Positions 42,635 through 52,788 of a DNA stretch of 64,000 nt are shown here, piece after piece. Each line of letters begins with the position of its first letter. Position 1 is the stretch's first letter. The stretch is from Sedimentisphaerales bacterium (GTDB lineage Bacteria > Planctomycetota > Phycisphaerae > Sedimentisphaerales > SM23-30). A model generated the notes under the pieces. It saw only the letters and a program-made list of their open reading frames with translations, was not told the origin of the DNA and did not search any database. The translations under genes were made by a program, and so were the position numbers. Location: contig CAXXFK010000029.1 of the NCBI GenBank assembly GCA_963663965.2, positions 128,001-192,000 of the forward strand, given 5' to 3'.

Positions 42635-43495
42635 ATGAAGGTTATTGAAGCGACCAAAAAAGGATTCTGTTTCGGTGTTGAGCATGCGATCGAAGAGGCT
42701 GAAAAGTTAGTCAACGAACGCCAGCATGTTTATTGTCTCGGTCAGATTATCCATAACACCGAGGTTGTCGAACGGTTAGAGCGCAAAGGTCTGAAGGTCG
42801 TTAACGATCTGGATGAAGTGCCGGCGCCGGGTCCAGACACGCCGGCAGATGAGATTCCCACGGTGTTGATTCGCAGTCATGGCTGCCGTCCAGAGCAATT
42901 GCAGCGAGTCCAAAAGTTGGGATTTCATCTGGTGGATGCCACCTGTGTGCTAGTGCAACGCCTGCAGAATCTGGTCGCGCAGTTGTATGAACAGGGTTAT
43001 CAGGTGGTTCTGGTCGGCGATCCGAATCATCCGGAAATTAAAGGTGTAATGGGGTACGCACCGCAGGTCACGGTTGTGAATGGACCGGAAGATCTGTCCA
43101 AGTTGCCGCCGAGAGGTAAACTGGCGATGGTGTCACAAACGACCTATACCCTGGCCGATTTTGGTGAAATCGTGGGTCAAGTGGCTCAATTGGGCTATGA
43201 GGAGATCAAGGTGGTCAATACGATCTGTCGGGAAACCGCCCGGCGTCAGGAATCTGCCATCGAATTATGCCGCCAGGTGGATGTCATGTTTGTACTGGGT
43301 TCGCATCACAGCGCCAATACGGGGGAATTGGCCGAGTTGTGCCGCAGGCAAGGGGTTGCGACGTATCATTTACAGGATTGGAGCGAATTCAAGCCGGACT
43401 ATGTGAGCGGCAGGCAGGTGGCAGGGGTGTCGGCGGGGGCATCGACTCCGGATTGGATTATACGGGAATTTATCGAGAAATTACTGGCTATTTAA
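42635..43495 (+). CDS. ispH: 4-hydroxy-3-methylbut-2-enyl diphosphate reductase
   Basis: GFCFGV, IIHN, IRSHG, VDATC, SQTT, NTIC, SANT, AGASTP. Confidence 0.95.
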   Translation: MKVIEATKKGFCFGVEHAIEEAEKLVNERQHVYCLGQIIHNTEVVERLERKGLKVVNDLDEVPAPGPDTPADEIPTVLIRSHGCRPEQLQRVQKLGFHLVDATCVLVQRLQNLVAQLYEQGYQVVLVGDPNHPEIKGVMGYAPQVTVVNGPEDLSKLPPRGKLAMVSQTTYTLADFGEIVGQVAQLGYEEIKVVNTICRETARRQESAIELCRQVDVMFVLGSHHSANTGELAELCRRQGVATYHLQDWSEFKPDYVSGRQVAGVSAGASTPDWIIREFIEKLLAI

Positions 43496-43640
43496 GGTAA
43501 ACTGGTTAAGCTTGTTTATCGCTTGAGTAGCGCTAATTTTAATTTTTTATTGCCGTATGCTCGGAATCATTCCATACCAGCCGGTATGGTGATCCGGGAG
43601 CAGTATCTTTACTATAGCGGTCATTAAGGAACATAATAAG

Positions 43641-45548
43641 TTGAGCAAGAAGAGCATTGCAATATTTGTTATTCTAAGTTTTGTGTCGGCGAATCTCAGT
43701 GCAGAAGGTTATTCCTTATTCAGTTATTTTATGGGAAATGGCGAAGATGGATTGCATCTGGCCTGGAGCGATGACGGCCTGGAGTGGCAGGTATTGAATG
43801 ACGGTCGTTCATTTTTAAAGCCGCAGGTGGGTGGCAGGTTGATGCGCGATCCCTCTATCGTGCAGGGACCAGATGGCATGTTCCATATGGTCTGGACGAC
43901 GGGTTGGTGGGATAAAGGGATCGGGCTGGCGCATTCACGGGACCTAATCCATTGGTCCGATCAGGAATTTCTGGAAGTGATGAAGGGTGAGTCTGAGGCC
44001 AGGAATTGCTGGGCGCCGGAAATCTTTTATGATGACGCGAGTAGTGAGTATGTGATTTTCTGGTCAACGACGATTCCGGGCCGGTTTCCTGAAACGGATC
44101 GGGAAGAGCGGGCCGGGAGCGGGGTTTTGAATCATCGGATGTATTTTATCACAACAAAAGATTTCAAGACATTTGGTGAGACCCGGTTATTTTATGATGA
44201 TGGATTCAGTGTGATTGATGGATTTATGATCAAGGGCAAAAGCGGATATGTCCTGTTTATCAAGGATGAGACGCGCTGGCCGGAGGCGAAGAAACACATA
44301 CGCATGGCCCGGAGTCGGAGCGCTGTTGGTCCGTGGAGTTCAGCGGGACCGCCGGTGACGGTGGATTGGGTGGAAGGGCCGACGGCGATTAAGGCGGGTG
44401 AGTTCTGGTATCTGTATTATGATGAATATACCCGTCATCATTATGGCGCGATGCGCTCCAAAGATTTGCAGCACTGGGAGACGGTAACAGATCAATTGAA
44501 AATGCCTGATGGTATCCGGCATGGAACGGCTTTTAGTGTGTCAGAAACGGTATTGGATCAGTTGCCGGGCAGTCCAGAGGATAAGGGAAATATGCCAGAT
44601 ATGAAAGGCAGTAGCCGGTTAATAGAGGAAATCCGGATACGTGATCCTTATGTTGTTGCGGATAAAAAGACCCGGACATATTTAATGTATGCCCAGATGG
44701 ATAACCGCGCCGATCGCGAGGGATCCATTAAAGGTGTTGAAGTTTATGCCAGTCAGGATTTGAAGGTATGGTATGGTCCGTGGCCGGTATGGGGGATTCC
44801 GGAGGGATTCTGGGGTGGGATCCAATCCGTCTGGGCGCCTGAGGTCCATTATTACAAAGGGAAGTATTATCTGTTTGTAACGCTGACTTCGACAGATCGG
44901 ATAGAAACCGAAGATGGGATAACTGACCTGGTGAAACGAGGGACATTTGTTTGTAAGTCGGATAGTCCAATGGGGCCCTTCCAAGCATTTGATGAAAAAC
45001 CACATACTCCCGAGGCATGGTCGGCATTGGATGGGACGCTGTGGGTTGAACAGGGTGTGCCCTATATGGTTTTTTGTCATGAATGGGTTCAGATTGAAGA
45101 TGGGACGATGGAAATTGTACGGTTAAGTGACGATTTATCCAGAGAGATCTCTGGCCCGGAGACCTTATTTATGGCGTCAACTGCCCCCTGGGTGAATCCA
45201 GTCAAACATCGATCTGTTGTGTACCAGGGACGAATGAATCAGTGCTATGTTACCGATGGGCCCTTTATCTATCGTACCAGGATCGGTCAGTTATTGATGA
45301 TCTGGTCGAGTTTTTCTTCGGGAAACTATCTGGTTGGGGTACTGGAATCTGAGAGCGGGACCATTGCCGGGCCCTGGCGGCATCAGGTGACGCCCTTATT
45401 TAAAGATCATGGAGGTCATGGAATGATTTTTGAACGGCTGGATGGTCAGTTGATGCTGGTTTTGCATCAGCCGAACAGCGGGCCCGATGAGCGGGCGCGT
45501 TTTTACGAATTGGCCGATCAAGGCGATCATCTGAGTCTTCAACCATAA
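43641..45548 (+). CDS. Secreted glycoside hydrolase with two GH43-type five-bladed propeller domains
   Basis: Signal peptide. Domain 1 has MRDPS, WAPE, VIDG and VEGPT; domain 2 has IRDPY, VWAPE, ALDG, TDGP and GGHG. Confidence 0.85.
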   Translation: MSKKSIAIFVILSFVSANLSAEGYSLFSYFMGNGEDGLHLAWSDDGLEWQVLNDGRSFLKPQVGGRLMRDPSIVQGPDGMFHMVWTTGWWDKGIGLAHSRDLIHWSDQEFLEVMKGESEARNCWAPEIFYDDASSEYVIFWSTTIPGRFPETDREERAGSGVLNHRMYFITTKDFKTFGETRLFYDDGFSVIDGFMIKGKSGYVLFIKDETRWPEAKKHIRMARSRSAVGPWSSAGPPVTVDWVEGPTAIKAGEFWYLYYDEYTRHHYGAMRSKDLQHWETVTDQLKMPDGIRHGTAFSVSETVLDQLPGSPEDKGNMPDMKGSSRLIEEIRIRDPYVVADKKTRTYLMYAQMDNRADREGSIKGVEVYASQDLKVWYGPWPVWGIPEGFWGGIQSVWAPEVHYYKGKYYLFVTLTSTDRIETEDGITDLVKRGTFVCKSDSPMGPFQAFDEKPHTPEAWSALDGTLWVEQGVPYMVFCHEWVQIEDGTMEIVRLSDDLSREISGPETLFMASTAPWVNPVKHRSVVYQGRMNQCYVTDGPFIYRTRIGQLLMIWSSFSSGNYLVGVLESESGTIAGPWRHQVTPLFKDHGGHGMIFERLDGQLMLVLHQPNSGPDERARFYELADQGDHLSLQP

Positions 45549-45682
45549 TATTCTTATTGATGATCGGATTGAATTTATTGTTCGATTTTTTGATAAAAAA
45601 TTGTAACAATATAGGTGAGTGACCGTCATACTTGTAAGTGTTTGCATTTTCACAGAATAAAAGGATAATTCAGGGAAATCGA

Positions 45683-47098
45683 ATGAAAGTTTTTATAAAA
45701 ATCCTGGTGATCGTTATCGTGATTGTTTTTATTGGGGGCGGGATATACAATCAGGTGGCCAAAAAGAATAAAAAAGAAGCTGCGGTGACCGTTCGGGTGG
45801 AAAAGGTTACAAAGGGGGAGTTGCTGGAAACGGTTAACGCACCGGGTGTGATAAAACCATGGCGAAATGTCGAGATCAGCGCCCGGATATCGGCGCGGCT
45901 GGCGGAATTGCCTTTTGAGGCGGGTGACCTGGTGAAAGGTCCACATGATGATAATCCCGGAGATTTGCTGGTGCGGCTGGATAGTACGGATATGCAGGCA
46001 TCGCTGCAATCGACTGAGGCCAGACGCGCGGCCCAGGAGGCCCAGATTGAGGTGGCCAGGGTGGAGATTGAAAGCCGAAAGATCAGTGTGCAGGGAATCG
46101 AATTGAGTTTGAAGCAGGCCAGAAAACAATTGGAGCGGCGTCAATTATTATTGCAGACGGGCGATATTACTGAGATTGAGGTGGAGGAATTGCAAACCCG
46201 GGTGGATGAGTTGGGAACCCAGCTGGCATCGGCGATGAACGCGGTGAAATCGTCGGAAATGAATCTTAAAGTTATGGAGGAGAATTTAAAGGCGGCCAAT
46301 GCTGAAATTGAGCGGGCGCGTGATATGTTGAGTTACGCGACGATCCGATCACCGATTGACGGTATTGTCACGCGCTTGAACGCTGAGGTGGGTGAGATTG
46401 CCATGACCGGGACAATGAACAATCCGGGAACGGTTATTCTGGAGGTGGCTGATTTATCGAAAATGCTGCTGTCAGTTCAAATAGATGAGGTGGATGTCGA
46501 CAAGGTGAAGGAAGGACAGAAGGTGACGGTGAAGATTCAGGCGTTGCCGGATGAGGATTTTAAGAGCACGATCTATAAACGGTCGCTGGTTCTGTTGCAG
46601 GACCGGATGGGGACGCGTTATTGTGAGGTGGAGGTTCTGCTGGATAATCCGGAACACCGGATATTATCGGGAATGACGGCGGATGTGGAAATCCAGGTAA
46701 AACAACATGACGATATATTAAAAATACCCAGTCAGTGCGTGCAGGGGCGTGAATGGGACAGTCTGCCGATCGATGTCCGGGACAATCCATTGATTGACAA
46801 GGAAAAATCGATTGTTCCGATCGTATTTACTTTCGAAAATGGCGAAGCCATTGCCAAGCCGGTAATCATAGGCGCCAGCGATATGAATGATACGGTGATC
46901 GAGGATGGACTGGAGGAAACCGATCAGGTAATTACTGGGCCGTATAAGGAACTGGAGGGTTTGACTCATAAGAAGAAAGTGGAAGAGGAAAAACCTGAAG
47001 GGGAGAAAGCGGGCAAGAAAGAGGGGCAATCCATTAAGGATTCTGAAAGCGAAAAATCTGAAATGACCTCGAAGGACCAGGGTACGAAAAAGGAATAA
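45683..47098 (+). CDS. Efflux membrane fusion protein (MacA/HlyD-like periplasmic adaptor)
   Basis: N-terminal TM, VEISARISAR, helical hairpin, IRSPIDG, IDEVDV. Confidence 0.9.
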   Translation: MKVFIKILVIVIVIVFIGGGIYNQVAKKNKKEAAVTVRVEKVTKGELLETVNAPGVIKPWRNVEISARISARLAELPFEAGDLVKGPHDDNPGDLLVRLDSTDMQASLQSTEARRAAQEAQIEVARVEIESRKISVQGIELSLKQARKQLERRQLLLQTGDITEIEVEELQTRVDELGTQLASAMNAVKSSEMNLKVMEENLKAANAEIERARDMLSYATIRSPIDGIVTRLNAEVGEIAMTGTMNNPGTVILEVADLSKMLLSVQIDEVDVDKVKEGQKVTVKIQALPDEDFKSTIYKRSLVLLQDRMGTRYCEVEVLLDNPEHRILSGMTADVEIQVKQHDDILKIPSQCVQGREWDSLPIDVRDNPLIDKEKSIVPIVFTFENGEAIAKPVIIGASDMNDTVIEDGLEETDQVITGPYKELEGLTHKKKVEEEKPEGEKAGKKEGQSIKDSESEKSEMTSKDQGTKKE

Positions 47099-47101
47099 TC
47101 T

Positions 47102-47797
47102 ATGCTCATCGAACTGGAAAATATCCGGCGAATCTATCGGATGGGCAACGAGGAAGTCCGGGCCCTGGATGGGGTCAATTTATCAATTGGCCAGAATGAA
47201 TATGTGGCCATTATGGGAGCCTCCGGATCGGGTAAAAGTACTTTGATGAACTTACTGGGCTGTCTGGATCGCGCCAGTGAAGGGACGTATCGGCTGAATG
47301 ACAAGGATACCACCCGTATGAGCGCCGGCGCCTTAGCCCGGGTGCGCAATGAGCAGATTGGTTTTGTGTTTCAGTCCTTTGAACTGCTGCCGCGCCAGAG
47401 CGCGTTGCATAATGTTGAAATGCCGTTGATTTACGCCAAAAATGGCGGTTGGTGGTCAAGGCGCAGCAGGGCGCTGAAAGCCCTGGAACATGTCGGCCTG
47501 TCAGGACGGGCTCATCATAAGCCCAACCAGATGTCCGGTGGCGAACGGCAGCGGGTGGCGATCGCCCGGTCATTGATTTGTGAACCGAGTATCCTGCTGG
47601 CAGACGAGCCAACCGGCAATCTGGATACCAAAAATAGCGAGAGCATTCTGGAACTGTTTGACACGCTGCATCAGGAGGGCCAAACGATAATTGTCGTCAC
47701 CCATGAAGAAACAGTCGCCCGGCACGCGCAACGGATTATCACCATGTCAGATGGCAAGATTGTGCAGGATGAATCGTCAGTAGGAGGCGCGGCATGA
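47102..47797 (+). CDS. ABC transporter ATP-binding subunit (MacB/LolD-like)
   Basis: GASGSGKST, MSGGERQRVAIAR, LLADEPTGNLD, VVTHE. Confidence 0.95.
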   Translation: MLIELENIRRIYRMGNEEVRALDGVNLSIGQNEYVAIMGASGSGKSTLMNLLGCLDRASEGTYRLNDKDTTRMSAGALARVRNEQIGFVFQSFELLPRQSALHNVEMPLIYAKNGGWWSRRSRALKALEHVGLSGRAHHKPNQMSGGERQRVAIARSLICEPSILLADEPTGNLDTKNSESILELFDTLHQEGQTIIVVTHEETVARHAQRIITMSDGKIVQDESSVGGAA

Positions 47798-49050
47798 GAT
47801 TTATACTGAACAGTTTTTTCCGTTTCTGGGTCCTGTTGTTTCAGAGTATTTTTCTGGCGGTCAGTCAGATTAATGCCAATAAGGTCAGATCGGCGTTGAC
47901 CACGATTGGTATTGTCATTGGTGTCGCATCGGTGACGGCGGTGATCGCGGCTCTATCAGGTCTTAAGGCCAAAGTGTTGGATCAATTTGAATCATTAGGC
48001 GCCAATCGTGTCTGGTGCTGGCCGGAGCGGCCAGAAACCGGACCGATGAAGAATTACTCCTGGAATCGTGTTCAATTTAAACCAGAGCAATTTGAGGGTG
48101 TTTTGGACCGCTGTCCATCATTACAGGCATTTACCTTCGATACCTGGGGACGTTATTCGATTTATTTTGGGAACGAACAGGTGGACGACGTTGCCGTGCA
48201 TGGCATTAATCCTTCATGGCACGAAATTGTCGGACGCGATGTATTGGAGGGGCGCCGTTTCACGGTCATTGACGAGGAAGAGCAGTGGCCGGTTTGTTAT
48301 ATTACACCGGATTTAAAGAAAAAATTGCAGTTAGATCGTGATTGTATTGGCCAGGCAATTGAAATTGATAATCGATCTTTCAGAATTATCGGGGTAGTAG
48401 AAGAGGAAGATTCCCATTTTGACATGGGCAGTTCCACGTTGGAAGTTTGTATACCCTTTAGCACAGCCTGGAAACTGTGGCGGCCCGGAATGAATGCCCA
48501 GTTCAAAACGCGTAACGCCGAATTGACTGAAGAGGCCATTGCTGAACTACGCTTTTTCCTGAGGAATACCCGTCGCGTTAACGCGGGTGATCCGGATAAC
48601 TTTCAGATCCGCGCATTAAATCAGGCGTTGGAAGAGTTTTATAACGTGGCGGGTATGATGACGGCTGTCGCAGGAGGCATAGTCAGTATTTCGCTACTGG
48701 TAGGGGGAATCGGTATCATGAATATTATGCTGGTATCGGTATCGGAACGTACCCGGGAGATTGGATTGCGTAAAGCGGTGGGGGCGCGGCCTTCGGCGAT
48801 TATGATGCAGTTTTTGATTGAAGCGATAGTGCTTTGTATGTTGGGAGGATTGCTGGGTTTGGGATTGGGGCGTCTGCTGTGCCTGGCGATCGCTAAAATC
48901 CCCAACGCACAACTGGAACAGGCATATATCCCCTGGTGGGCAGTGGGACTGGCGTTTGGCTTTTCGGCGTTTGTTGGGATATTCTTTGGACTGTTTCCGG
49001 CGGTCAAGGCGGCCCGGCTCGATCCGATTGAAGCATTACGACATGAATAG
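47794..49050 (+). CDS. ABC transporter permease (MacB/FtsX family)
   Basis: RSALTTIGIVIGV, GGIGIMNIMLVSVSERTREIGLRKAVGA, PAVKAARLDPIEALRHE. Confidence 0.95.
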   Translation: MRFILNSFFRFWVLLFQSIFLAVSQINANKVRSALTTIGIVIGVASVTAVIAALSGLKAKVLDQFESLGANRVWCWPERPETGPMKNYSWNRVQFKPEQFEGVLDRCPSLQAFTFDTWGRYSIYFGNEQVDDVAVHGINPSWHEIVGRDVLEGRRFTVIDEEEQWPVCYITPDLKKKLQLDRDCIGQAIEIDNRSFRIIGVVEEEDSHFDMGSSTLEVCIPFSTAWKLWRPGMNAQFKTRNAELTEEAIAELRFFLRNTRRVNAGDPDNFQIRALNQALEEFYNVAGMMTAVAGGIVSISLLVGGIGIMNIMLVSVSERTREIGLRKAVGARPSAIMMQFLIEAIVLCMLGGLLGLGLGRLLCLAIAKIPNAQLEQAYIPWWAVGLAFGFSAFVGIFFGLFPAVKAARLDPIEALRHE

Positions 49051-49071
49051 ATAACAAATGGAAGTGGTGAT

Positions 49072-50697
49072 ATGAAATTGATAAACGGGATACTCTGTGG
49101 ATTCATTATACTGGGACTGGCCGGGTGCAGTTGGCTGCCAGATCGAACTGGAGAAGAAATCGCATCGCGCTACCCCCAGGTCCGGGAGATCAAAACAGTG
49201 GCCTTGACGGAGGCGGCGCCGGAACCCCTGGCTGAGCCGAATCGGATCCGGATTGAGCCCGGTAAAAAGGTTTCCCTGTCCATCGAGCAAAGCCGGGCGC
49301 TGGCGTTACAGAATAACTTACAATTGCGCGTCCAGGTATTTAATCCACGAATCGCGCGTGAGTCGATCAACGAGGCGGATTCCGCGTTTGAACCGTTGTT
49401 TCTTTCCCAGTTTAACTATATTACCACCGATACCCCGGTGTCGCTGACTTTGGATGCGTCGCAGAGCACGGTAAGCTATACAAATAACAGTCTGGTGATT
49501 CCCTTGCGGACAGGCGGTCGAATCAGTATGAACATGCCCTGGCAGCGCAATAAAACGGACAACCTTTTTGCGACCTTGAATCCATCTTATAGCAGCGATT
49601 TCAGTCTGTCCTTAAGTCAGGAACTGTTACGAGGCGCCGGTTTGTCGGTTAATGAATACGCCATCCGGGTGCGTCAACTGGAGTCCGAACAGGTGATGGC
49701 CCGAACGCAAGCGGAGGCGGCGCGTGTGCTGGCGGCGGTGGACCGGGCCTATTGGCGTTTGTATGCGGCACACCGGGCTTTGGAGGTGCGTCGGATGGAG
49801 TATGATCTGGCCGCGGCCCAGTTGGAACGGGCCCAGCGCATGGTCAATTTGAACGAAGCACGAGAGATAGAGGTGGTTCGAGCGGAGGCCGCCGCCGCCC
49901 AGCGGCTGGAAGGGATTATAGTCGCGGACAACGAGTTACGTGACCGGGAACGGGAATTGAAGGTTGTGCTCAACGCAGAGGGCCTGGAAATGGAATCGGC
50001 AACGGTATTATTGCCTGAGACGCAACCCGGTTCGGCGCATTATGTGGTTGATCGTGAACGCATGCTGGAGGAAGCTTTGGGATGCCGGATGGATTTGATT
50101 GAGCTGGAATTGCAGTTAACCGCCAGTGAATCCAGTTTGAAATATTCCCGTAATGGATTGTTGCCTTTGTTGACACTGGATTATACCTACAATATCAATG
50201 GTCTGGGACCGACCAGTGACGACGCAGTGGATTTGATGTTGGAAAACCGATTTGTCGATCATCGCATTGGATTGGTATTGCAGGTGCCGCTGGGCAATGA
50301 AGCGGCCCGCAGCCGATACCGTCAGGCCCAGTTGAAAAAACGACAGCTTTTAGCCAATCGCGAACTGGTTAAAAATCAGGTCAAACGGGAAGTGCTGGCG
50401 GCCGCGGACCAGTTGGAATCGAACTGGCAACGGGTAATGGCCAACCGGACCAATAGCGAATTAGCCAAACGGAATCTGGAAGCGGAACAGCGTCAGTTTG
50501 AACTGGGAATGCAATATTCGACCGAAGTGTTAAATGCCCAGACGCGGTACGCCGATGCGTTGTTATCCGAGATCACCGCGCTGGCAGAGTACCAAATCGC
50601 CCAGGTCGATTTGTGTTACGCGGTTGGCGGTCTTAATCAAACCGCCCGTGTTGTCTGGGATAATAAGAACGACCGTTTCGCTTATGACAACGAATAA
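49072..50697 (+). CDS. TolC-family outer membrane efflux protein
   Basis: Lipobox LAGC, LSIEQSRALALQNN, two OEP repeats. Last gene of the exporter operon. Confidence 0.88.
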   Translation: MKLINGILCGFIILGLAGCSWLPDRTGEEIASRYPQVREIKTVALTEAAPEPLAEPNRIRIEPGKKVSLSIEQSRALALQNNLQLRVQVFNPRIARESINEADSAFEPLFLSQFNYITTDTPVSLTLDASQSTVSYTNNSLVIPLRTGGRISMNMPWQRNKTDNLFATLNPSYSSDFSLSLSQELLRGAGLSVNEYAIRVRQLESEQVMARTQAEAARVLAAVDRAYWRLYAAHRALEVRRMEYDLAAAQLERAQRMVNLNEAREIEVVRAEAAAAQRLEGIIVADNELRDRERELKVVLNAEGLEMESATVLLPETQPGSAHYVVDRERMLEEALGCRMDLIELELQLTASESSLKYSRNGLLPLLTLDYTYNINGLGPTSDDAVDLMLENRFVDHRIGLVLQVPLGNEAARSRYRQAQLKKRQLLANRELVKNQVKREVLAAADQLESNWQRVMANRTNSELAKRNLEAEQRQFELGMQYSTEVLNAQTRYADALLSEITALAEYQIAQVDLCYAVGGLNQTARVVWDNKNDRFAYDNE

Positions 50698-50773
50698 CAG
50701 GAACCACTTGCTTGCCGATAAACAAAAGTGAAATACAATTACTTGTTATTTTAGCCGAGTCAATCCGATGCCA

Positions 50774-51295
50774 TTATAACAATCCATCACTAAATCCGGA
50801 ACCGGCTTTATCCGTTGACCGGCTGGATGGACTTTGGATCTGGGTATAATTCAAGGGGATATCATAAGCATCGTGGCCATAGTCTTCCAGATCATCCATT
50901 TCCAAAGGTTTATACCCCGGCAATTTTGATTTTTCCAGTTCTTCATCATAGGCTCTTTGAATCGCGTTCTGAATCATATGCCGGCAATCATGATTGATGG
51001 GATGGGCGATATCCGCATGATATTTGGGATGCCGGTTTCTTTTTTCAGCACGCCGATCATCGAGCCTCTCACCACAATCATTGCAGTAATGCGCCCGGAA
51101 ATGGTTTTTACCGTGGCATTTAGGGCAATGATCGGTGAGTTTTCGGGATGGCATGGCCACAAACAGACCGTTGGCGCCGTCGATAACTTTCATATCACGA
51201 ATGACAAAACAGTCGTCGAGTGTGATAGAACAAAAGGCTTTGAGCCTGTCTTGAGAATCATTGACGAGCTTGATTCTGACTTCCGAAACTTTCAT
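50774..51295 (-). CDS. spoVG: SpoVG family protein with inserted zinc ribbon
   Basis: [53 protein letters not shown]. Insert CPKC...CNDC. GGAGG RBS before the ATG at 51295. Confidence 0.92.
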   Translation of the reverse strand: MKVSEVRIKLVNDSQDRLKAFCSITLDDCFVIRDMKVIDGANGLFVAMPSRKLTDHCPKCHGKNHFRAHYCNDCGERLDDRRAEKRNRHPKYHADIAHPINHDCRHMIQNAIQRAYDEELEKSKLPGYKPLEMDDLEDYGHDAYDIPLNYTQIQSPSSRSTDKAGSGFSDGLL

Positions 51296-52250
51296 GGTGT
51301 ACCTCCAGAGAAAGATGGGAACGGTCCAGGAAATGGACAACACGCGCTTGCGCGCAATCTTTATCGGATATAATCTTTTGCCAATGCAATAGTTGTTCGG
51401 CGCTTTCACCCGGGATAAATAAGCTCGAACCGCTACCGGACATGAAAACCGGCCCGATCTTCAGGTCCTGTAATAAATCTCGCAATTGCCTTAATTCTTC
51501 GCTTAATAACATCGTTACTTCCGTCAAGTTATTGATGCCCATGCGAATCAGTCCTTCCAGATCGCCCCGTTTAAGGAAATATTCAACCTGGCAAATCGCC
51601 TCATAGGATGATTCCTGATGATAGCGATAGTGTCGATATACCAAAGGTGTCGCAATATGAATAGAAGGGCTAATCAATAAAAGGGGGATCCGGCAACGGC
51701 AGGGAAGCGGAAGAATCTTTTCGCCACGTCCCGTGCATTGAGCGAACGGTCCATAGAAGAAAAAAGGGATATCCGATCCAAGTTGAGCGGCCAGACTGGA
51801 TAGTTCCTGAAGGGATAATCCCGTTTGCCAGAGCAGGTTCAAACCATATAAACAGGCGGCTGTATCGCTGCTGGCGCCACCGAGTCCGGCTCCGGCAGGA
51901 ATGCGTTTATGAAGCGTAATGTCTATGGCAGGTTCAATGTTACAGTAACTTGCCAGGCGTTGAGCAGCCTGATAAACCAGATTTTCAGGTCCGGAAGGCG
52001 TGGGCAGGCCAGAGCATTTTAAGTTGATACCCGGAGACGTTCCTGTTTCAATGGTCATATCATCGAATAAATCGATTAATCCCATTACCGTATGCAGTTC
52101 ATGGAATTGGTCCGGGCGTCGATGAAATATAACCAGAGATAAATTGATTTTCGCGGGGGGGTACAACTCGATTCGATTAATCCGACATTGACCCGAGCGA
52201 CAACGCTCTTGGTTATGTTTAAGTTGTCTGGTGGATGAAATTATATCCAT
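51258..52250 (-). CDS. ispE: 4-diphosphocytidyl-2-C-methyl-D-erythritol kinase
   Basis: [44 protein letters not shown]. Confidence 0.93.
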   Translation of the reverse strand: MDIISSTRQLKHNQERCRSGQCRINRIELYPPAKINLSLVIFHRRPDQFHELHTVMGLIDLFDDMTIETGTSPGINLKCSGLPTPSGPENLVYQAAQRLASYCNIEPAIDITLHKRIPAGAGLGGASSDTAACLYGLNLLWQTGLSLQELSSLAAQLGSDIPFFFYGPFAQCTGRGEKILPLPCRCRIPLLLISPSIHIATPLVYRHYRYHQESSYEAICQVEYFLKRGDLEGLIRMGINNLTEVTMLLSEELRQLRDLLQDLKIGPVFMSGSGSSLFIPGESAEQLLHWQKIISDKDCAQARVVHFLDRSHLSLEVHHESFGSQNQARQ

Positions 52251-52788
52251 AAAGTATTTAACTATTGAATATTACATACATTACGACGGCCAGATTCTTA
52301 TCCGGCTTGAATAAATCAAATCCCGTCTACACAAAAAATGAAGTTCAGATAATATCATTGTAGGCCCAAATTTAACTAAGTCAAGGTATAAAACCGGTGG
52401 AAAATAAGCAAAATTGTAAAGTTGAGGGAGTTCAAAGGCGGAAGCAAAAATGCCATTTTATTCAGAGGAGGTAAAATATCGCTAATAAGGATTTTGGAAA
52501 TTATAGAGGCGTACTTTACATAGACAAGAGATTGAGATATATTTTTATAGATAACTATCAATCTTTTCAAACGAGTAAAATCATGTAACCGATTTAAAGT
52601 GAAATAGTTAACGTTAGTTTGGTGATTGATGGCTATTTAGCCATTTAAGTTAAGCCTGAATCAGAAGATATTTTGCGCATAGCAATTGAAACAGCTTCTT
52701 GGACAATCATAAGACAATAATGCCATTAATTATTATTTGCGAATGAGGCAATCGAGATGAAAACAAGCGTCAAGCAGAACTAAACGAT

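Noticed and set aside
51296..51409. N-terminal extension of SpoVG in the ORF track
   Set aside because: It overlaps ispE. The family start MKVSEV at 51295 has a GGAGG RBS.
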